Assembly (NCBI GenBank): GCA_964016885.1
Contig: OZ024743.1
Coordinates: 37,262,001-37,326,000 of the forward strand
Direction: 5' to 3'
Source of the DNA: Eledone cirrhosa
Taxonomy: Eukaryota
Length of the DNA stretch: 64,000 bases
In this document: positions 57,108-64,000 of the stretch, piece by piece
How positions within the stretch are numbered: position 1 is the first letter of the stretch
Layout: every line of letters starts with the position of its first letter
The notes under the pieces: generated by a model
What the model saw: the letters and a program-made list of their open reading frames with translations, nothing else
What the model was told of the DNA's origin: nothing
Database searches by the model: none
Translations under genes and position numbers: made by a program

Positions 57108-60100
57108 GTTATCTCTTTCTCTTAATTTCGAGTATATTTTTTTGACCGGCCACCTTCCTTGTGGCAAGGTTATAAAAGAAAAGAAATTGTCATCCCTTGA
57201 ATCGCAAGAATGTTTTGCAAATTTTGAAGGTGCCAGCTATCGCAGCCATTTGTAGACTATGAATTAGGAAGCTGCGCTCTTTGCCCGTAAATCCAAGTTC
57301 AGTCATACTTTGGTCCAAGCGGGTTGGTATATAACCCGTAGCTCCAATAATGATGGGTATGAAGCTAAAGGTGTATCTTGGATACTGGATTTGTAAACTC
57401 CTCATCAATGGTCCGTAGATATGCTGCTTCTCCTGTATTTTTCTTACAACGTTTACATCAAGTGGGCAGCTGATCTCCACAACAGAACACGTTTTCAATG
57501 TATGGTCCCAAACAACAATATCAGGCCGGTTGTGCTTTAATTTGGTGGCAGTTTTTATTTTCAGGTTCCACCAGTATTCCTTAGTGCCATCTGTCTCAAT
57601 ATATTCTTCCTCGTTTGTTGTTAATTTTGTTTTCTGAAGTGCGTTCCAGATGGTTCTAGCTATCCCATCGTGTCTCATAAGGAGGTAGTAGCGAGATGAC
57701 ATTCTTTCGCAGCTGGCAACAATGTGGCTTACATCCTCGATCTTTGTTTTACATAGCCTACATTTATTGTCAGCTGATGGCCCTCCCCTTTTGTGCAGCA
57801 GATATTTGGTAGGGAGTTCTTGTTCCTGTATTGCATAGATATATCCCTCAATGTGTGATGTCATAAACTTGTCGGAACTCCATGCCAGGCTTTTTGAGTG
57901 GTTTATCCTCTCTATGGTTTGTGTTTTACGTCTCAAGTATCCATGCACAACGTTTTCTGTAAATTGGTCAATTTTTTCATCTTGTTTGAACATTGAATAG
58001 GATCTTCCGATTTCTCTGGGTGAGAGATTTATATCAGACTTTATTCCATATCTCTCCTCCAGATCAGTGGCTATTCTAATGATATTCTTTTTCATGCTCA
58101 TAAACCTGGGCAAGATGGTTGCCAACCTTTTTCCTCTGTTGAAGGTGTTGCTTCAGTGTTACTATCCGGGTCTCATATTATGTTAATATGGATTTTAGAC
58201 CCCGGCCACCTTCCTTGCGTGATAAGTATAGTCTATGTTGGCGTAAGAATTGGCACAGCATAAGTATTGTGGGCAATGTATTTGTTGTACGCTGACAGTT
58301 CTGATGACCATATTTTCTTTACTCTCCTGAGGTATTCAGTTCTGGTTCTCTCCTTATTTATGGGTCCATCCATCATATCTGACATTCTCATCCTGTCCAA
58401 GATATCTGTAGTTGTCACCTGACTGTAGAGGTTGTATTGTCAGGCCGTTCATCTCTAGGTTTCTAGAGGAGAGCACAGCTCTACCACGTTTTACTGCCAA
58501 ATATGCACACTTGGACTCACCAAATTTCATTTTGATGTCTGTTGAAAATTGTGTAATGAGGTCCAATTGTTTCTTGATGTCATTGATATTTGGCCCATAC
58601 AACTTCAGCTCATCAACAAAGAAAAGATGGGAGATACTTCTGGACCCAATTCTTTGTCCACCTTGTTTCCTGAGTAGGTAAGATAGTGGATTTAGTGAGA
58701 GAACAAAGAGTAGCATTGGCAAGCTATCACCCTGAAAGGTGCCCTTCTGGTAATGTATCTTATCAGTCTTAACTTGCTCCTTCTCACCTCTAAGGATCAA
58801 ATTGGTGTACCAGTTCTTGGTCAGACATTCAAGAGCAGCTACCAGTGGTTGTGGGACTTTGGCTAACTGTAAAGCCTTAACAATCCACCCATGAGGTACA
58901 CTATCAAATGCTTTTTGATAGTCCAGCCACACCACAGTCATGTTTCTGCGATTCTTTGTTGTTTTTTCTTGAATCATTTTATTAGTTAGTAGGTGATCTA
59001 TGCAACCCCACACCTCCCTCTTTCCACCAGCTTGCTCAGGTGTTATAATGTTGTTGGTAACACAGTGATCCTGTAAGAACAGGTTAAGGCACCCATTATA
59101 TAATTTATACATGATGTTTTGGCAGGCTATTGGGCGGTAATTTTTAGCAAGGGTGGTTTGGCTATTTTTGGGAATGAGGAGAGTAGTGGCAGTTGATAAC
59201 CATCTGGGCAGTTCTTGTGTGCCTTTAATGGTTTCTGTAAACAGCCGTATGAGATATTGCCGATTGAAAGTGAAATTCTTCATCCAGTATCCTGTAATGA
59301 GGTCTGGGCCTGGTGATTTCCTATTCGAAATTTTCTGTAGAGCAGTTTCCAGTATTGACCCATCTATGTCATATTGTTTTGTCTGGACATGTTGGCAGTA
59401 GACCTGTTCCAGTTATTTTAGCCAATTAGTTTGTCTGTTGAATCCGTCACCCGTTTCCCCATACAGATCTCCAGTAGCTCTCAACCTGTTCTTTTGAAGG
59501 AGTGTCATTTACAGAGATTGAGCTTTTGCCACCGAAGCTGCGATAAACTGATTTAGGATCTCTGGCAAACAATCTATTTAGCACTTGTCGTTTATGTGCT
59601 GTTGACTTATATTTTAGTCTTTCTGTTGTAGCTGTGAGTTGTTTCAATTGGTGTAATTTGTAGTTCAAAGTTTTAAATTTTGTATCTCCAAATCGTCTCT
59701 CTAACTTTTTTTCTAGGTCTTCCTGGTGTCGTGTGAAGTTGCTCTCTATGTTGCATTTCATAAAGACTGGGATGTGTGAGATACTTCGTCTCAGGGACAA
59801 CATTTTGCTTTTTAAATTTCGCATCCACGCTGGTTCAGGCTTTTTGTTTGTATCTTGATTGCGTGGTTTTAGATGTTTGTTATATGATAGCAATGTGACA
59901 GCTGAAACATATAACAAAATATTAAGCGTTCCAAATGTCGTTCCTACACCTTTAGATCGTATAGCCTTCAGATAATTATCAGCTATTTCGTTCACCGCTT
60001 CCAATTCCAATTTAGTGGGTTCTTTACTGATTCTGGTGTTGTATGGTCTGTCACTCACATCTCTTGAAACATAACGTCCCATATCACTTGTAAGGTGTCC

Positions 60101-60600
60101 ATAAGTTTTTGGTGTTCTGTTTGTACAGTAGAGTCATGAATTTCGGCCTCGTTGTTGATGTGGTGACAATTACTACTAGAGTTAGCTGACAATTCTCGCT
60201 GTTCTTCAGTGGAAGTGGGATGGATTTCAGCGAAATTGTTGGTGAGCTGTTCACTGTTAGATTTAGCTGGCCATTCTCTTTGTCTGTCAGTGGAGGTGGG
60301 GTGGTTGTCTACAAGGGCTGTATTTGTAGTATCACTCAATTCCGTTAGATGTATCAATTTATATCTAATGATACGTTTTTGCCTGTTCATTTAAATGCTT
60401 TGGAGAAAAGTCTAATTGTGGGTGTTTGGAGTTCCATAAAGTTTTTAGCCTTTGCATAAAACCGAATTTTTGGGGTTCAGATTGTTTGTATGCTTCATAT
60501 AATTCTTTGTTAAGCTCGTAGCTCCACCGTATACAACGGTTGTAGTTGCGATTTGGTCGAAGGAGACTTGTACGTTTTGCCATGATGAGTTCGTCTATTC
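57108..60600 (-). mobile_element. Near full-length R4-clade retrotransposon (frameshifts, ~100-bp deletion near 58235)
   Basis: N-terminus RWSYELNKELYEAY..W..KHP; KNYRPIACQ, EQAGG, WLDYQKAFDSVPH, GTFQGDSL, FFVDELKL; CCHC knuckle; RPD REL domain. Confidence 0.95.
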
Positions 60601-60789
60601 ACTAATATTTTGTATTTATTTTTCAAAATAGTCGATGATCTTCTTTAAAAGTTTCGACAAAGTTCTGTCAGAATCAAATTTAAAGTTATTCACAGCTTGG
60701 GTAATATTTCCTTTCAGTTAGTTTTTAATTCTACAACTGTGTTTTAAACGTTTGAATCGTTTGAATCGTTTGAATCGAGAACAAAAAAA

Positions 60790-61112
60790 AACCGTTACTT
60801 AGTATATTTCTTTATGAATGTAATATAATATAACAACGCTGTATTTATATGTTAAAGTTTATGTATCATTCATATAAATAGGTGTTCTACAACTTATTCT
60901 CAACATATTCACAGTTCTAACACATGTTTTGTTTCTGAATCGAAGACGTTACTTGCATATTTCTTTATAAATGTAATATAACAACGTTGCATTTATATGT
61001 TAAAGTGTATGTATCGTTCATATATCATAAGTGTATGTATCGTTCATATATCATAAGTGTATGTATCGTTCATATAAATAGGTGTTTTACAACACACTTA
61101 CAGTTCAAACAC
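60790..61112. repeat. ~155-bp tandem duplication with an internal 26-bp triplication, upstream of the R4 ORF
   Basis: cgttactt..atatttcttta..aatgtaatata occurs twice; aagtgtatgtatcgttcatata occurs three times. Confidence 0.75.
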
Positions 61113-61239
61113 TTATGTTGAATTATTGTATGTAATCTTATTATTGTATATAATCTTAAGCTCAACTTTTTCCAATATATGGTATGTTGCCGTCATGTAA
61201 GCCGTAATTACACACGTCCGATTATGTATGTATGTATGT

Positions 61240-63240
61240 TTGTATGGTATCCAATGATGTTGACTTGCTCTTCTTTTTGGTAAATACATACAACGGTCGC
61301 CATTGTATGTATGTATGTATGTTTGTATGGTATCCAATGATGTTGACTTGTTCTTCTTTTTGGTAAATATCATCTTGGTTAAGAGAGTGGGACTGGCTTT
61401 GTGCAGTGCCTTTGCTCACTATAAAAGCTTCACAGCACAGGCATTGCTTTATATCTGGAGATCTCTCTGCACTTGTCATCACATGGTACCATGGACCCAG
61501 CACTATGTGTCAACAATTGTCACAAGTGTAGTGTTTGTACCAGAGTTTTCAAGTCACTGGCTGGACTAAAAAGTCACACTTGTTCAGCGCATCGGTAGGG
61601 GTTCTCCTACATGGATATAAAGTAGTGGCCGTACTCGAAAACGAGTTGGCAGCCACCATGTATGTATGTATGTATGTATGTATGTATGTATGTATGTATG
61701 TATGTATGTATGTATGTATGTATGTATGTTTGTATTATGTATGTATGTATGTATGCGTGCGGACGTAGTAATATTCTGTTTTGTGTCCGAGCGCAAGGTT
61801 AGCCCACCCTCGGTCTTATTATGACAGCCTTCTAGGAGAAGGAAAACTCCGAGGTAAAAACTGCAACTCGATGACAGCCAATGATGTTGACCTGGTCTTC
61901 TTTTGGGATACCTCTCAGTGTTGTTCAGAGAGTGGGATTGTTCCAGTGCACGGCCTTTCTTCACTTATAAAACGACTTTCACGAGTGTTGCGTGGGCATT
62001 TTCTTCTTCTTGTTTCTTTCGCTGCAGCATATGCAGAAAGGAATCTAAGTCATTGAACCCAAAAGTCATGTTCATGTCGCTCATATATGAGAAAAAGGTC
62101 GAGGGATGGCAGTTCCCGAAACTGAGATGTATGTATGTATCTATGTATGTTCTTCTGGTTTTATAATTTCATAAATCTTTTTACCAATATAGAGTCGGTT
62201 TCTAACATAGATACAAGACTCTCTCATTGGAATTTACACATCAACTAGGTAGATATGTATGTATGTCTGCATGCATGTATGTGTAGGTATGGATGTTACT
62301 GTATGTGTGGATGTGTATGTTTTGAGTTGTATGTGTGCATGTGCATATGCTTTGTACTGTACATGTGTATAATAAATTTTGTTTAGCTTTCTCGTTTTTT
62401 TCGGTACTTTCTTAATGTTGTTGATGTTGTGTTCAGCCATTGTAGCAAATCCTTGTAAAATGAATTGTGGATATCTCTACGAATTCGAATAAAGGTCTCT
62501 TCAGTGAATATAGTTAGAAGAATATCCAGTTATTCAACATGACTGGCAGTTGTGGCATTACTGTCGGAGATAGTATTCTTAAATTTAATGAATAGTCTTC
62601 CAGGCCAAAATGTGCCTCTGATCGCGTTGACTGACTATGTATGTATGTATGTTTATGTCGGGTTACTCTTGAGTGTTACTGGTAACACGTAACCCAGTAC
62701 AACATGTCGCATGGTCGGGTCGTCGGCGGCGACTAAACCGGCAACCCCACCAAGTTTACTTGGTGAGGAGGGTGATTTTGGACACCCTGCAGGACAAGAA
62801 ACAAAACCTGACATAAGAGTCAACGGTCATCCAAAATGTGTAAATATGTATATACACATGTACATATGTATATACATGGGTGCATGTGTATGTATATGCG
62901 CGGGGACATAGAAATAGTCGGGCTGTTAAACCACTGGGAGTGAAGGACCCCTAGTCTTAGTCAGGCATTCTTCTAGGAGAAGGCAACTCAGGAAACTGGG
63001 ATAACTCCGATATAAAACCTGCGGCTCAGTAGTTACCGATGATGTTGATCTTTTCTTCTTTTCGGGTTATAGATACTGTCGCTCAGAGAGTGGGATTGGC
63101 TCAGTGCACAGTCTTTAAAAAATATCTTCACGCACAGGCATTGCACGATAGAATTAATTAATAATTATTAATAATGGTATATCGTGCAATGGCCATACTC
63201 GATAACGAGGGGGCAGCCATCATGTATGTATGTGTGTATG
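61240..63240 (+). mobile_element. Cluster of short non-coding (ATGT)n-tailed elements with RTE-5'UTR-like motifs
   Basis: Homologous blocks atgatgttga...ttcttttt..gagagtggga.tg..c.gtgca at ~61337, ~61880 and ~63040. ctaggagaagg.aactc at ~61832 and ~62973. Ends tggcc.tactcga.aacgag..ggcagcca.c(atgt)n at ~61626 and ~63190. Confidence 0.6.
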
Positions 63241-64000
63241 CATGCCAGGATCCATTTAGCCGAGGGTTTAATGTATATGGAACAGCTGTATTAATTAATA
63301 TTATCAGCCTTTTTCGAAGACGTTTCTTTATGTATTATACAGATTTCATAAGATGGTGAGGGAGTGCCGAAGGTGATTTGGCTGCTATTTCTAACCGGTC
63401 TAGTAATCACATAGAACAACCGTTCCAAACATAGGTTCTGCGGACTCCTTAGAATCCGCAAAGGTAGTCCTGGGAATCTGTCGGCTAAGTTTAAAATTCA
63501 AGGTTTTATTGTTATAAATTAATATACACACACTATTGGGTATCAAGTCTTCTCTAAGCATAAGAAACATTTCTTTCTTTCGATTGTTATTCTCGTCATG
63601 TAACAATCTGGAAGGCGAGCAATTGTAGCGAAGGCCAATGGGAAAACCATACAAATGTAAGAGATCTTTGGTTTGGAAAATTTTGAAAACCACTGACATA
63701 GAGCCATCCTTCCTTCTCTATAGTCCGATGTATTTGTTAGCTAGGTGACTAGGCCAATTGACTAGTTTAATAGAGTGTTGACCAAGAGCATAATGAACAC
63801 TTTTATCATTTATTCGACAGTTTTACATATTCTCTGCCTCTCTTTCTATGATACACAAAATTCCCAGTATTGAGAAACAGCTACGTAAACAATACTTGAA
63901 GGTAAATATAAGAAATTTATTAAGCAACACTCGATAGGTAAACGTGTCTTTTATATCTTACAATCTATAAAACATGGACGAAACTAATTCAATAAACGGA

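Noticed and set aside
63400-63790. Possible decayed CR1/L2-like C-terminus
   Set aside because: Only vague similarity; no diagnostic motif.

Overview
Eukaryotic, AT-rich, microsatellite-dense repeat DNA. The SINE types and repeat spectrum suggest a coleoid cephalopod (octopus-like); this is inference. No intact host gene is recognisable, and almost all listed ORFs are microsatellite artefacts. Contents: a decayed maT/DD37D-type Tc1-mariner; CRE, RTE and R4/Dong non-LTR retrotransposon copies; Nin-domain tRNA-SINEs; a 5'-truncated Penelope-like element (PLE) with GIY-YIG endonuclease; a 3.1-kb (AAC/ACC)n tract; a 9.9-kb 10-mer satellite; and a 496-bp tandem array. The main hidden signal is about 20 hammerhead-ribozyme (HHR) motifs from roughly 10 unrelated sequence families. 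They sit in short tandem or fold-back elements inserted in (TA)n. The best example is a young, highly structured 466-nt non-coding HHR unit at 30375-31500 that looks like the DNA footprint of a viroid-like circular RNA (retrozyme). Two families carry a compensatory U3-A8 catalytic core. A candidate E2F/NF-Y promoter lies at about 32.3-32.7 kb. All coordinates were read by eye and may be off by a few bases.
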